NCBI RefSeq assembly: GCF_006345805.1
Contig: NC_042999.1
Location: 82,274,001-82,338,000 of the forward strand
Direction of reading: 5' to 3'
DNA from: Octopus sinensis
Taxonomy: Eukaryota
DNA length: 64,000 nt
Part shown: positions 12,080-25,969 of the stretch, in pieces
Layout of the letters: every line of letters begins with the position of its first letter
Position numbering within the stretch: position 1 is the stretch's first letter
Made by a program: the position numbers and the translations under genes
Notes under the pieces: model-generated
Seen by the model: the letters and a program-made list of their open reading frames with translations, nothing else
Database searches by the model: none
Told to the model about the DNA's origin: nothing

Positions 12080-12395
12080 TGTAACTATTCCTTGAGATCA
12101 AGAAACTCTGAGTGAAGACGTAAGCCAAAGTGTTTTAAAAATATATGACACTAATACACATACACTCACACATGCACACACGCACACGCAAACACACACA
12201 CATACACACAGCTGTGCACATGCATACACGCGTGCACATGTTGACATACATAAATTATACACATATCGTTATGTGTATTATACACATGCGTGTGCGTGTG
12301 TGTGTGAGTGTGTGTGTATTAGTTTCATATATATTTTTAAAACACTTTGGCTTACGTCTTCACTCAGAGTTTCTCGATCTCAATCAATAGTTACA
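12080..12395. repeat. Inverted repeat (fold-back) with ~110 bp arms
   Basis: GTAACTATT..GAGATC..GAAACTCTGAGTGAAGACGTAAGCCAAAGTGTTTTAAAAATATAT is reverse-complemented at ~12325-12394 and continues into CA/TG tracts. Confidence 0.95.
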
Positions 12396-12561
12396 CGAAG
12401 AAAGGGAACGAGAAACACGAATTAGCGGAGCTCACAGTGACTTAGCTTTAAATGACTATTATTATTCCACGCAACTTAACAGTATTGACTACATATTTTG
12501 CTTAATTACATTTCACACTTGTGTGAAACTACCCTACCAATATATAATACACATACACACA

Positions 12562-12593
<32 letters not shown>

Positions 12594-12712
12594 TACACAC
12601 ACACACATACACACACATATATATATATATACACACACATATATATATATATACACATATATATACAGACATATATATATATGTATATATATATATGTAT
12701 ATATATATATAT

Positions 12713-12753
<41 letters not shown>

Positions 12754-13395
12754 TATATATATGTATGTTTCTGTGTGTGTGTATTAATGCATGTTAGCGT
12801 ATATATATATATTCAGGGAGAGAGAGAGAAAGAGAGAGAAGTGTACTTATGTACTATCTCTTGCAAAATAGTTTTGGCAATCAATACTTCAGTTTATAAT
12901 TGATGATATGCAAGTGAAAATAAAATTTGACAGGTAATTAAATTGAAAAAGTGCAGATATGAGTAAAGCTGGCGAGTAAAATCAGTTTGGTAGATATAAA
13001 AATCCTAAAGTAAGGCATGTCAAAGAGAGAGCAAGAGAGAGAGAGGGAAAGATTACAGAATGTGAAATTAGATGAACGAGATACAAGACTTAATATCTGT
13101 TCATACACACACACACACATACAAACACTATGAATATACATACATACATACGTGTGTGTGATTGTGTATGTTGCGCGTGTGTCTGTGTGCGTGTGTGTGA
13201 AAACGATATAGAAGGCGCATGATCTTGTTCTAGGAATTTGTGATCACGACCATAAAGCAGTCTCTTCTATTTCTGTCACGGACGGTGCGATGTATGCATA
13301 AGTAAGGTTTTATTTCAGGATGATAATCAGTACCAACCACCTGATACTGCAGCCTTTTCTCTTGATATATGTCAATGCTTCCTTGATTCGCAGCT

Positions 13396-13481
13396 TTTCG
13401 GCTGATTTACTCTCCAGCCTTCATCAGGTGTCTTGGTAGAATTTCGAACCCAACCCTGGGTTCTCATTCCTAAGGTATTTT
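13396..13481 (-). mobile_element. Fragment of the same pLTR family with an intact hammerhead core, truncated just after GAAA
   Basis: Minus: GACAC-CTGATGA-A-GGCTG-GAGAGTAAAT-CAGCC-GAAA; upstream AAATACCTTAGGAATGAGAACCCAGG matches the 10785-10815 region. Confidence 0.85.
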
Positions 13482-13952
13482 GTGACTCACGTGGTAAAAA
13501 TTCTGGAGAGAAATACGAATTCACTTGTCTATATAAATGTGGATATGCTGATTAGCTTTTATATGTTCCGATGACGCTTGGTAGGAAATATAGGAGGTAA
13601 GTTTTCCTAACATTTCTAGATTTATCGGAATATTATGTTGATAAAGGAAATGAGTCTTATGATTCTAATCCAGAAACGTACGTCCATAATTAACCGAAGA
13701 CTGTTTCATTTCATTATTTTTCTTCTTTTCTTGCCATATGTGAGTTACAAATAGTATTGTCTGTGGAGACATATTTTTGTAGAAAAAGGAAACAGTAGTC
13801 CTTTGGCTGCTATTTCTAAAATTTTCAATATGTGGTCAAGCAACTTGTTGCAAAAACCCTTATTGTTATAATTATATAAGCTTTTACTGTATGTGGTCCT
13901 TTTCCATACCGAAATACTACTAGGTGAAATTTGTTGATTTTATTAAATTAAT
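13482..13952 (+). mobile_element. Probable second PLE pLTR with a degenerate long-stem-II hammerhead (13561-13688)
   Basis: CCGATGAC..~95 nt..CCAGAAACGTACGTC with palindromic ACGTACGT stem III and GTC triplet; boundaries approximate. Confidence 0.45.
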
Positions 13953-14258
13953 TATATATATATATACACCCCAAAACTTTCTCTTGAATAAATATATTTA
14001 TATGTGCATAAAGAGATTTACATATACAAATACATATAGATATGTGTGTGTGTCTGTGTGTGTGTGTGTCTGTGTTTAAGCGTACAAGTAATTAATATGT
14101 TCCAGCGAGCTTAATTGCAACGATCACATTTCAATAATCATATATCTTTGCTTGGTGGAAATTCATTAGGGAACGCATCACTAATATACCCATATGCATA
14201 AAAATGCATATATGAACCATATATATATGTGTGTGTGTATGTGTGTGTGTGTATGTGT

Positions 14259-14296
<38 letters not shown>

Positions 14297-14411
14297 TTAT
14301 ATATATATATATATAATATATATATATATATTATATATATATATATATGTGTGTGTGTGTATGTATATATGTATGCATGTATGTATATATGTATGCGTAT
14401 ATGTATGTATT

Positions 14412-14493
<82 letters not shown>
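14412..14493. repeat. (GATA)n microsatellite (others at 35418-35493 and 47398-47487)
   Basis: Direct reading. Confidence 0.97.
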
Positions 14494-14494
<1 letters not shown>

Positions 14495-15970
14495 TGTCGT
14501 ATTGTTACTGTTTTTTTTTTTTTTCGCGTTAGTGTACCTACGGTATCAATTCAATGGAAGCCCTTTCAACGTAAGGCAAAAATTTGAGCTTAGATTGCGA
14601 AGCATGAGTATACCGTTGCACTCGAAATTACTCCTTGATATTCCTTAATATTTTCCTTAATCCTTATGTCTTTCCATCACGACAACTTCGGCCTGGCATC
14701 GTTTTTCCTTTGTAACAATCCTCATTTACTCTGAGAGAGCAGATAGCAGGTTCTTCTGAGAGGCAGACAAGTTTCTTTGCAGTATTTAGTTCCATTCTTT
14801 TGCGATCTAATTTCTGATATTATCCAGGTCACCTTTGCGATTTACCTTTTACTATGATGTTCGTCAAAAATACAAAGTCTACACTTTCGAACTCCCCACA
14901 CCATTTCTGTATCTCCTTGTCCTTCTTTCATCTGGTATATCCGTATTTTTGTTTACTAGCTCTTGCGAACAGCATTTAGTCTTAACCCCACTTCTCTCAA
15001 TCTCTCTGTTGTTCACACGCGCGCGGGCTGTTTTCTATCTTTTTTCCGGGTCCTTAAATTGATGCTACCTACGTGCGTCTTCATACCTTGTAAATCTCAC
15101 AATTTAAACTTTCTTGTAGTTCATGATTTGGGGTTTATTTTTCACAGTAGTTTCCTGAATTACAAAAAGTAAAAATTTCCTGTTTTTTGTTACATATTTA
15201 TTATTTCGTAACAGCTCTTTTTTTATGCGTGTGTGGGCGCGTGAGATTGAGGGACAAGCGTGGGCTACTTTCTTTTTTATTCCGTCACATGCATATCAAT
15301 TTATGACATATAGAGAGAGTCTGTCACACTGACTAAAGTAATTTCATTATAAATTTATAAAAAAATATAAGCAACGCAGGGAAGAGAAATGAAACAGGAT
15401 TAAAAGAAAATTGGATTAACCAGATGAGTGGATCTGAATGATAAAACGGAAAGCAAGAAAACACAGGAAGGCTGAAAACAAATAAGTGAGGATATAATAA
15501 GAAACTGACGAATGAACAAAGAAATAAATGGCAGGAAGAAAGGAAATTATAAATTAAAAACAAAAATACATAAAGGAGGCAGTATAAAAGTTTCAACAAT
15601 ACCACATTGAAATATAGTGGAAGGTTTTCAAGCAGACGCCATTAAAAGTTTCGAAAACGTTAAAAATATTTCATATGTCCGGGATGCAGAGGTTTTGTTG
15701 GACCATTCGGATTTCCGACGTGCTGAGCGTTAGTGAGAGAGACATAGCCTTTTAATAAATATTGCAGGTATAATTTTCAGAAGCGACCGGTTTCTATTTC
15801 TCAATACCAAAGGGAATTGGAAAATTTAGAATTAAGAGTCCCATAACAATACTGACAAATATGACTAAATTAAGTGCCTCCTCTTCAAAGCTGAAATCTC
15901 TACTTTTGTATTTCCAAACCATCTTCAACCAGTTCTTTTATTCAGGCACTCTTCCCCATATACTGGGTGA

Positions 15971-16049
<79 letters not shown>

Positions 16050-16051
<2 letters not shown>

Positions 16052-16422
16052 TGGGGTTATGGGCGTTGCCTAGTCATAGGTGTTTTGCTTCCCAGTTACA
16101 TGATCCGACTTCAGTCCTGCTGCTTGGGCCATTGGGCAAGTATCCTCCACTGTGGCTCCAGCTGACCGTGGTGCTGTGGGTAGATTTGATTAACGGAGGC
16201 TGAAGGAATACTGTTGTGTATGTGTGTCAACAACCACCACTTGACAACCGGTGACGGTGTGTCTACATCCCAGTAAGTTACTAGTTATGGCAGCAGATAC
16301 TGCCGAACTAAGTACCAGGTTTGAAAAGAAATAAGTACTAAGTCGATTTGTTCGACAACAAATTCTTAAAGGCGTTGCCCCAACATGGCCTCAGTCTAAT
16401 AACTGAAACAAATTAAAGATAA
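16050..16422 (+). mobile_element. SINE family B, old diverged copy
   Basis: Colinear with 42127-42537; tail GGCGTTGCCCCAACATGGCCTCAGTCTAATAACTGAAAC. Confidence 0.8.
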
Positions 16423-16913
16423 TACACACACACACACGTGCACGCACGCACACACACACACGTGTGAGTGTGTGTATTCATATGTAATTGAATCTCACAA
16501 GACATGCATTCGATCAATAGTAGATAAAGCTGGTTTTCTCCAAGATATGGTGCTTATTTTTGAAATATATATTCCACCACTCATAATATTGAGTTCTTTA
16601 ATTCTTAGTGTTTGTTGTACATATCGCTGAAAGACATGTACGCAAATACAAAAGCATATAAATATATATATATGCACATGTGTATGCCTGTATGAATGTA
16701 TGCATGTATGTATGTATGTATGTATTTGTGGATGAATGTATACGTGCGTATGTGTGATAAACTGTTGTTATTGAAATATATAACTATTATTTTTTCCTTC
16801 TTAGCCTAGTACTGTCAATTATACTTATTTAACAAGAGAGCAAAATGGATGCATTAACGCTATTGAATTTTCTAATATATGTGTTCAACTAAACCTGTAT
16901 GTATGTATATACC

Positions 16914-16948
<35 letters not shown>

Positions 16949-17483
16949 TATATATGTATGAATGTATGTATTTGTATATATCAATGTGTTCATATGTATA
17001 TGTATTAAGAGAGGTAGGAATAGTCTTGAATATGATGGAGTAATACACACACACACATTCACACACACACACACACACCACACACACATACACACACACT
17101 AACAAACACACACACACATATATGTTTATATATGTGCCATACATCATATTTTCCTCCATTCTATTAATCTGTTCTCTCCCTCTCTTTCTATTTCTTACCA
17201 TTGAGTTCAGTAAAATATCATTAGCGAAATAACATTAAACTTTCACACTTCATACAGCTTTCTCCATTCTTCACTGTTTTGTCATTTAAGCTCTGCTTAA
17301 CAATAGCTAATGAAGAGGCACTAGACGCTAACAAACATTGTAAAGATTCTGCAAATTTTTGCAAGATTCTCCGATAATGTAATTAAAGTTAACATAGAAC
17401 GTGTCTAATTATGTATTGAATTCAATGTCACTCCTTGTGTTCTCATTATAAGAGATATTCTCATTATCTTCATACATAGATGT

Positions 17484-17556
<73 letters not shown>

Positions 17557-18731
17557 ATATATATGTATGTATTTATGCATGTATGTATGTACGTACGTAA
17601 ATGCATATTCCAAGTCGGAGACCATAACTTTTACACCTGCGTTGCTGACATTTTGCGTAGGGAGCACAGCTTTTGATGAAGAAGGTCATATTCTATTTAG
17701 GCTTTATTTTGGTCTGTATTTATTTTGGGGTTTTGTTTGGGTTTTTCTCCGTGTTTTAGAAATCTCTACTTGAACTATCTTCTAAAAGCTTTCGATGCAA
17801 AAAACTTTAATGAATCATTATTCCTCGACCAAATGAAGATTTTCAGCATCTCTTAGAAACAATATACCTTAAATATAGTGAATTCATATTATTGCATTTA
17901 TTTTGAATATTAATGATTTCAGACAATGTTGGGTAGTGCTGTTAGTCTGAAATAAGTTAATTTAGTAAAATAGTAAGGTGACTAGTGTTATGGATCTACT
18001 CTAACCAGGCACCTATACATTGGAATATAACAGTTGGGTGAGGAGGTGCATCCTTAGTAGTCAAGGTAATCTTGTGGTATTCCTTGATTAGCCTAACTTG
18101 GATGATCTCCCGTATCAAGAGAACTGCTTCATTCATCTCTTCACATATTTTTATACTATGTAACCTTTTTAAATCTGATTTCTCCATTTGCCCCATTCTT
18201 TCCCTCATCTTTTTTTACCTAAATCCCTCAAAACTGTAAACTGTCCTTCTAATGGCTCAATCATTTGATGCCTCTGTGGAGAATAAAAGAAATAATAACG
18301 TTTTGTTGCTTTTTGTTTTTGTTACAGAAGGTATGGGAGATTACCTTTTGCGTAAATGTTCTCATGGAAATTAGAAAATTAATGTCGATACAACAACATT
18401 TATAAACATAGCACCTTAGAGACATATACATCCACAAATTTGTTGCCATTTCTGTGTTTACTTCATACTATTTAAACACCAACTCAATTATTTATTTCCT
18501 TTTCATTAGGGAACAAAGGCAATACATTTTAGTGGTATAATACATTTATTTGAATGATGAGATTCAATATATTTCGAGCCTTCTAAAATAACTTAACAAA
18601 GAAAAAATGCCTACCAAATCGCACCTTACTGTCTAATATAACCGTGCTGACGTTGACTTTTGCAGCTATGACATCAATTACAACATCTGTGATGTTGTTA
18701 ACTATATATCATTTTCACTATAAACCATTAC

Positions 18732-18784
18732 CTGATTTTTCCCACTAACTGTTCCAACGCCCTCGTTTTCTTCGATGAATTTCT
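18732..18784 (-). CDS. Candidate 53-nt coding exon: KFIEENEGVGTVSGKNQ
   Basis: Acceptor gctttcAG and donor CAG|GTAATG; open frame, phase 1 to 0. Confidence 0.25.
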
Positions 18785-19864
18785 CTGAAAGCTCAGCCGA
18801 ACGTTTTGCATAATTGTTCGTTGACCTTTAAACGTTAAAACACGACAGTAACACTATTAGACTTGACAAAATATCCGCTTCTTTCGTGGGTTAGTAAGTT
18901 ATGGAAATGTTATGTAACCCGTTATCCTCTAGCAAACTAAACCAGGATAAGGAAAATTAAAATACGAATTAAATAGAAAGTCTTACGGTATATCATCAAA
19001 ATAAACACGTTGCATAAAGAGTAAAAAAAAAATAACATCCACTAAACAGAACCATGCGAAAAGAAAGTTATCTGCCGTAAATTTCTTGTGTGTGAGACAG
19101 AGAGAGAGAGACAGACAGACAGATAGACAGACAGACTGAGAGAGTGAGAGAAAAAGAGAATACATATGTGTGTACATGCGTATATCTATGTGTACATATA
19201 TGTGTATATATAAATTTACATAGGACTGTATATGTATGCATATGCATTTATGCTTATATATCTGTGTGAGTCTATACATACTGTATATATATATATATAT
19301 ATATACATGGACATACATATACACACATAGAGTTATATGTGCGTATGTTTGTGTGTGTGTGTGTATCTGTGTGTGTGTGAATCTGTGTTTATAAAACATG
19401 TTTCACATGTTGAATATAAGTAAAATACGTCGCTATTATACAGGTACATTGTGAACCGCAAACAAGTAAAAGGTCATGCTATTGATTAGCAAATATTCTC
19501 TCTCCACCAAGTAACAAGCATTTGTTTACCAGCATGATGAGTGCTGTGTTTGCGTCTTGTCCTATCATAACAAGTTTTATCCATTGAGACTATCAGGTTG
19601 TTTACATCAGAAAACCTATCTCATTATTTTCTCCAATTCCCCCTGAATCCAACTAAATTATTTTTCATAATGGTTTCTTCCACAGACATGTGTAAGTCTC
19701 AGGAAATGAGTATTATCAAGTTCATTTTATTTTTCAGGAGACCGACTCAAATTCTAGCTGAATATGAAAAGGATAGGTAGATTGGTCGTATTAGCATTAC
19801 CGTAGAAGAAAAAATGATATTGCGCTTTTGACACCCACGAGCCAACGATAATGCATCTAATTGG

Positions 19865-19930
19865 TCGCACGAACTGCTAGAATAGCAGCCAAACTTCCTT
19901 CAGATCCCAATGCAGTGTCTAAGAAAAAGA
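19865..19930 (+). repeat. Unclassified old dispersed repeat (family D); related copies near 29730-29870, 30410-30470/30635-30780 and 51380-51440
   Basis: Shared AATAGCA(G/A)CCAAA..TCC.TCA(A/G)ATC motif. Confidence 0.55.
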
Positions 19931-19934
19931 AATT

Positions 19935-20180
19935 GATTTCAAATTTTGGCACAAAGCTAGCAATTTCGGGGTAAGGGCTGTGAATTAAATCGATCCCAAT
20001 GTTCGACCTTGGCGGCATTTGACTCAGAACATAAAGACGGACGTAATGCCGCTCACGATGTGCTAACGAATCTTATTTCTTTACTACCCACAAAGGGCTA
20101 CACACAGAGGGGACAAACAAGGACACATAATTATATCGACCCCAGTGCGTAACTGGTACATATTTAATCGACCCCGATTA
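19935..20180 (-). mobile_element. SINE family A, two fused partial copies
   Basis: TTTCAAATTTTGGCACAA tail, ATCGACCCC, GGCGGCATTTGACTCAGAAC; second unit matches 59367-59480. Confidence 0.8.
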
Positions 20181-20184
20181 AATG

Positions 20185-20490
20185 CGTTGGATTGAGAGAG
20201 CCAAGATAATTTATAAATGATAGGAAAACTTGGAGAGATTTTGTGGACGGATGAGTGAATTTGACGTTGCTCAAAGGAGTATAGAACCAGCATGATGCAG
20301 CGGGGGTAAACCAGCATATGCTCTCGAGCACCGTTGCTGATATGGCGGGTTGCATTCGACGCCTTGACCCGAATATAGAACGGGGTTCACTTGTTTGAGC
20401 TGGGAAAGGAATGGAATGCTTTGTGTGTGTCTTCTTGTGGCTACCCGCTACCTTAAAAAAAATGGGGAATAGGCCTGGGTATATAAAATA
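20185..20490 (+). mobile_element. RTE-type LINE 3' end relic
   Basis: LERAKIIY..DRKTWRDFVDG resembles the DRxxWR C-terminus of RTE ORFs, followed by a UTR-like stretch. Confidence 0.55.
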
Positions 20491-20504
20491 AATGAAACTG
20501 CGTG

Positions 20505-20660
20505 TTAAGCTGCGTGGCCTAATTATCAGACCGTTGGCCTCATAGCCATGAGTTCGTGGATTCAGTTACTGGACCGAGAAAGCGTTAGGTTCTTGATGAA
20601 ACGGTTCAATTTCACGTTTTTCACGTTGCTTCAGTTGAATAGGAGTACCACTCACGGTGC
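20505..20660 (+). mobile_element. Degraded family C-like SINE head
   Basis: GCGTGGCCTAATT..GGATTCAGTTACTGGACCG..TTCACGTTGCTTCAGTT. Confidence 0.5.
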
Positions 20661-21907
20661 TCTATGTCTTCTCGCGATTATATCGAATCCTAAAACAATT
20701 AACGAAAACATGGTACATGCTAATGAGTCATATATGTTTGCGCCTGATTGCTATGATGCGAAACAAGCGACTAATAAATCATTATTTACAGTTACCTGTA
20801 ATAGAAGGGTCCCAAAGTGCACAAGTCACTAACAATTCGATTGTTCGATGTCGTTTCATCTGCCGTTACAACAAAATCGCATTTGAAAAATTTTAGAATA
20901 CAACATCCCAGTAACCCACATATATGAAAATTATAATACTACTTAATAAAGGAAAAGTATCATCGAGAAGAGTTTGTGATGACCTTCAATTTCTCCTTCC
21001 TGCCTTTTTCTGTTACTGTTTCACTTAGACTTAAAATACTTGTTGGAAAACATAAACGTCACAATTCAAGATTTTCTGAAAGCATGGATTGAATTTTGTT
21101 TGTACCTGAGCTAATGTACAACGATTAGCAATTATTATGAAGGTGGCTTAACGTGATGGAAAAGCTTCCTAAAAATAGTAACCGAAATTCTCATGCCACA
21201 TAGTACCGTTTAAAAATTGCAATAATGTATTGTACAATATAGTCCTACGTGAAGTATGCCTGAAAAAAAAATATAAAAGAAATGATTGCCATATTTGGAA
21301 TATTTGTGATCAAATATTCATCTCCATTCGTGCAAGCTTTAGTATAAACAATTACAACAACTAAATCTAATATAGTTGTTGTTACTCCTTGGTTACATAA
21401 AGGAAAACAATATGATTACAATAATTTCGTAATAGAAACATATAATCAACCCGAGCCGACTGAAGCAGCCCATCATGATTTGAACTCAGAATGTTGAACT
21501 GATCAAAGTATAGAAAGATAATGATTCCGGCGCTCTCCTATAGTTACTACAGCTATCGCCTGCGATAGTTGTGAGTAATGCTGATTCTGGAAAATTGTTT
21601 CATCAGACGTATACTTTCTTTCTTATTAATTTAAATCTATATTTGACTTAATTTTGTTTTTTCATTCAACTAAGATTTCTTTTCTTTTTCAATCAAATTT
21701 ATCAATAAGACCAATTTCAATTAAAGCTACATCATAGACCTTATGTATGTTTTAATGAGATTTATCAATCAACTATTCTAATAAATATTTCAATTAAATA
21801 CACAAAATCCACAATGTCTTCTCTTTTTTATTAAAAATTTTCAATTAAATATTTTGATAAACAAGAATTTATTTTGTACATTCAAATATATTAATGTACG
21901 AAGTAAA

Positions 21908-22108
21908 TTAATATAAAATAACAATGTGTAAACATGAGTTGTCTGTCATCAAATACATTTCATAAGAATTAACTGAAGTATGTAATATATGTATGATACG
22001 TGTTAACGGTAAATGTCCGATTGATTCTAACGTTGACGAGTGAATAGCCCGGCAAGTGTAGAAGCAGTAATATCGATAATTGTGGCGAATCCAACCCCAA
22101 AACAGGTC
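21908..22108 (-). CDS. Candidate exon following 22278-22424 (DLFWGWIRHNYRYYCFYTCRAIHSS..); terminal, or spliced at a weak donor near 22000
   Basis: (CT)n-rich intron end, acceptor gttttctcAG, phase 0 matching the upstream exon, 66 open codons. Confidence 0.3.
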   Translation of the reverse strand, partial: DLFWGWIRHNYRYYCFYTCRAIHSSTLESIGHLPLTRIIHILHTSVNSYEMYLMTDNSCLHIVILY

Positions 22109-22157
22109 CTGAGAAAACAGCCTTTCAAAGAATAAGAGAACAAACAGGTAGAGAGCG

Positions 22158-22204
<47 letters not shown>

Positions 22205-22277
22205 TGAGCGAGACAAGTAATGCCTACGTAACTCATAGATTGTTCCCAGGAATATTTTACCAAAACGGACAACTTAC

Positions 22278-22424
22278 TCTTTTCAAATAGTCTGCGATGT
22301 TCCCACTTGCTGTTTGGAGATAGCAGGATATGCTGTTTGTAGACGATCCATCGTGCACCAAACCTATTACGAAGATTGTCTCACTTTGGAAAACTTTGCC
22401 AGGAATTGTGTCATTTTCTTCTGT
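22278..22424 (-). CDS. Best candidate coding exon (147 nt): TEENDTIPGKVFQSETIFVIGLVHDGSSTNSISCYLQTASGNIADYLKR
   Basis: Acceptor taatcttctattttAG and donor AGA|GTAAGT; length a multiple of 3; only frame 0 open; non-repetitive. Confidence 0.45.
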
Positions 22425-23834
22425 CTAAAATAGAAGATTAAATGTTGCCTCGACTAGGTCTTGTCAGCTTTAACAAAGCCGTTGATATTCATATTAACTA
22501 GACAATACCTAAGTGACATTAATGTGACATTGTAACATATCATACAGCAAAAATTATATTTATTATTATACATGGGAACGCATTTAATAGAGAGAATTAA
22601 ATACTATTAACTTATTTTAAATTGTTAATAATACAAATCTCTCAAATTTATCTGACACTAATTGTTTTGAGAGATATGAATGAGTAACATTTAGGAAATT
22701 TTCTGAAAGAATTTCAGTATTAAATCGTCTAGTTAACAAAAGCCACTTGTTTCTAAACTAGATAATCGACATTTCAAAATCAAATTATATTCACTTCATC
22801 TGGTGCAACCAATAACATGTGCTTTTACTACAAGACTTGTACAACTTTCAGTTAAGCAGTGATACTTTCCAGTAGAATTAAGTCTCTAGATAATATATTA
22901 TATCTATTACTATATAATAAAGACGAAATATAACTTTATTTGTAAACTCCATTCCTCCAATTGCTATGTGGTCAACGTCTCTTACACAAGACAACGAGCA
23001 ATTGCCAGTTTTTAATGGGTCCCACCAACTTATTTCTTTGTAATTGAGTTTTTCATTACAAAAGGGACAATGTTCACTTGAGTATTTTTCAGGTGGATGA
23101 TCATCTTGAATACCTAAAGATCAATGTTTTCAAAGAAAATATATGTGGGAAGGAAATTTCGAAGGATTGCGGTCTTGTGTATGGATATGGTGAATAGTGC
23201 AGTTAGCGGGTATTTTTTATATTACGAAAGAGATTATAGACATGTACAATGTGAGAAGAAAAAAAAAGAAAAGAAGTGCGTATGCTTTCTTAGAATAATA
23301 GTGCATTGGTGACTGGATATGGCCTAAGATATATATCTTTCTAGCAGCTGTTTGAACTAATAAACGTAAACAATGCTCTAATGTTGATCTTATTTCACCT
23401 TTGCAAAGCTGAAGTATGACTCAGTTAAGCTGAATGCATTGAGTCAAGAGATATTTATAAAAAGAAATGTTCTACAATATATACTGGCCATTTGCAAAAT
23501 ACCAGCCGTTTTAGAAGCCTGGAACATTTAAGGGCCTAAATTGAACGGAAATAAAGTTTTCTGGAATGTTCTACTTCCTAGTCGGTTGTGAGATTTATCA
23601 ATATTATAGAACATTTAATGTTTAACAGAACTAAGAGCTTTTTTCTTCCTATATTTGTTTTAGTGTCTTCCTCTTACGGTAGAACAATGTGTCACATATC
23701 AAACAATGTGAAGTCAAACGGCAGTTAATGGAAGACAGAGATTATATGATGCTGTTAAAAGGGAGTGTCATATGCAAAACAAACATTTGACGCTTGGTGT
23801 AGTAGTAGTAGTAGTAGTAGTGGTGGTTGCAGTT

Positions 23835-24046
23835 CTTTCTAATTTTTGGCTCACAGACAGGAACTTTACGAGAAAGTTAAGTTCATTAGGGTGAGCGCAG
23901 TACTTGATTGGTATTTATTATATTAACCCCGAAAGAATGAAAGACGAAGTCGACTTCGAGGGATCTCAGAGCGACGCGATGGACGAAATGCTAGGCGGCA
24001 TTTCATCCGGCGCTCTAACGATTCTGCTAGATTCAACACTAACAAA

Positions 24047-24083
<37 letters not shown>

Positions 24084-24235
24084 TAATAATAATAATAATA
24101 ATATATCCATTCTACCATAGTCACAAGGCCTGAAATTTGAGGGGAGGGGGACAGTTGATATCACTGACCCCAGTGTTTCACGGTTACTTAATTTATCTTC
24201 CTCGAAAGGATGACAGGCAAAGTGGATCTCAATGG
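23835..24235 (-). mobile_element. Two SINE family A copies separated by (AAT)n
   Basis: ACCCCGAAAGAATGAAAGACGAAGTCGAC and CTCGAAAGGATGACAGGCAAAGTGGA motifs. Confidence 0.75.
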
Positions 24236-24264
24236 AAATCTTCTAATATAATAATGAGCATAGT

Positions 24265-24303
<39 letters not shown>

Positions 24304-24308
<5 letters not shown>

Positions 24309-24518
24309 CCAAAATGACATAGTAGTAGGGAGTGAGAGAAAGAGTAGTATAAGTAAAGGGAGAGGAGAGAAAATAGTAATTCAGTGAAGGAGAAGTAGTG
24401 AGAGTAATAGCCGTGACTGAGAGAGAGTGAGAGAAAGTAATAGCAATGAGAGTGAAAGTAATTGCTGTGATACGAACACAGTTTAGGAGTGTATTTATAT
24501 ATATTTTTGTCATCATGT

Positions 24519-24549
<31 letters not shown>

Positions 24550-25125
24550 AATACATATATAGGTATATGTATGTATATGTATATATATGTACATATATAT
24601 GTATGTATGGATATATATATATATATGAATAATTTACAAAATAAGGGCAAAAACAATATTCTAATGCTAAATATGCCGATAAAAAGACAAAATTATCAAT
24701 AACGTCTCGAAACAAACCGATAGAAATTTCTTAAAAATCTGTTATTACCGTATTGGTCCCAATTTCGGGGTTAATTCATAAAAATGTTCCCCTCTTCAGC
24801 GATAAATACGTGAGATATAAGTGAAATACTTACGTATTTATCGCTGAAGAGGGGAAAATTCTTATGAATTAACCCCGAAATTGGGACCAATACGGTAATA
24901 ACAGATTTTAAAGAAATTTCTATCGGATTGTTTCGAGACGCATAAATTATAATGGTTATTGACAATTTTGTCGTTTTATCGGCATATTTGGCATTAGAAT
25001 GTTGCTTTTGCCCTTATTTTGTAAATTATTTATAAATTTAACCTTTAAAGGTATTTTTTGATATGCTGGCCATTGATAAAAATTTTTTCACGAAAAAAAT
25101 TTTATCCTACATTAGTTATATATAT

Positions 25126-25158
<33 letters not shown>

Positions 25159-25372
25159 TTGTCCAAAATGACATAGTAGTAGGGAGTGAGAGAAAGAGTA
25201 GTATAAGTAAAGGGAGAGGAGAGAAAATAGTAATTCAGTGAAGGAGAAGTAGTGAGAGTAATAGCCGTGACTGAGAGAGAGTGAGAGAAAGTAATAGCAA
25301 TGAGAGTGAAAGTAATTGCTGTGATACGAACACAGTTTAGGAGTGTATTTATATATATTTTTGTCATCATGT

Positions 25373-25403
<31 letters not shown>

Positions 25404-25969
25404 AATACATATATAGGTATATGTATGTATATGTATATATATGTACATATATATGTATGTATGGATATATATATATATATGAATAATTTACAAACTAAGG
25501 GCAAAAACAATATTCTAATGCTAAATATGCCGATAAAAAGACAAAATTGTCAATAACGTCTCGAAACAAACCGATAGAAATTTCTTAAAAATCTGTTATT
25601 ACCGTATTGGTCCCAATTTCGGGGTTAATTCATAAAAATGTTCCCCTCTTCAGCGATAAATACGTGAGATATAAGTGAAATACTTACGTATTTATCGCTG
25701 AAGAGGGGAAAATTCTTATGAATTAACCCCGAAATTGGGACCAATACGGTAATAACAGATTTTAAAGAAATTTCTATCGGATTGTTTCGAGACGCATAAA
25801 TTATAATGGTTATTGACAATTTTGTCGTTTTATCGGCATATTTGGCATTAGAATGTTGCTTTTGCCCTTATTTTGTAAATTATTTATAAATTTAACCTTT
25901 AAAGGTATTTTTTGATATGCTGGCCATTGATAAAAATTTTTTCACGAAAAAAATTTTATCCTACATTAG

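Noticed and set aside
14560-15150. Possible LINE ORF1 relic on the minus strand (similarly 48480-48750)
   Set aside because: Many stops and no diagnostic motif.
17898-17972. AT-rich imperfect hairpin around ATTTCAGAC/GTCTGAAAT
   Set aside because: Only 9 bp of perfect pairing, no TSD and no second copy.
19686-19691. 6-nt microexon (tttcttccacAG-ACATGT-GTAAGT) on the plus strand
   Set aside because: No supported plus-strand host gene here, and the next acceptor is only ~45 nt away. Chance is plausible.
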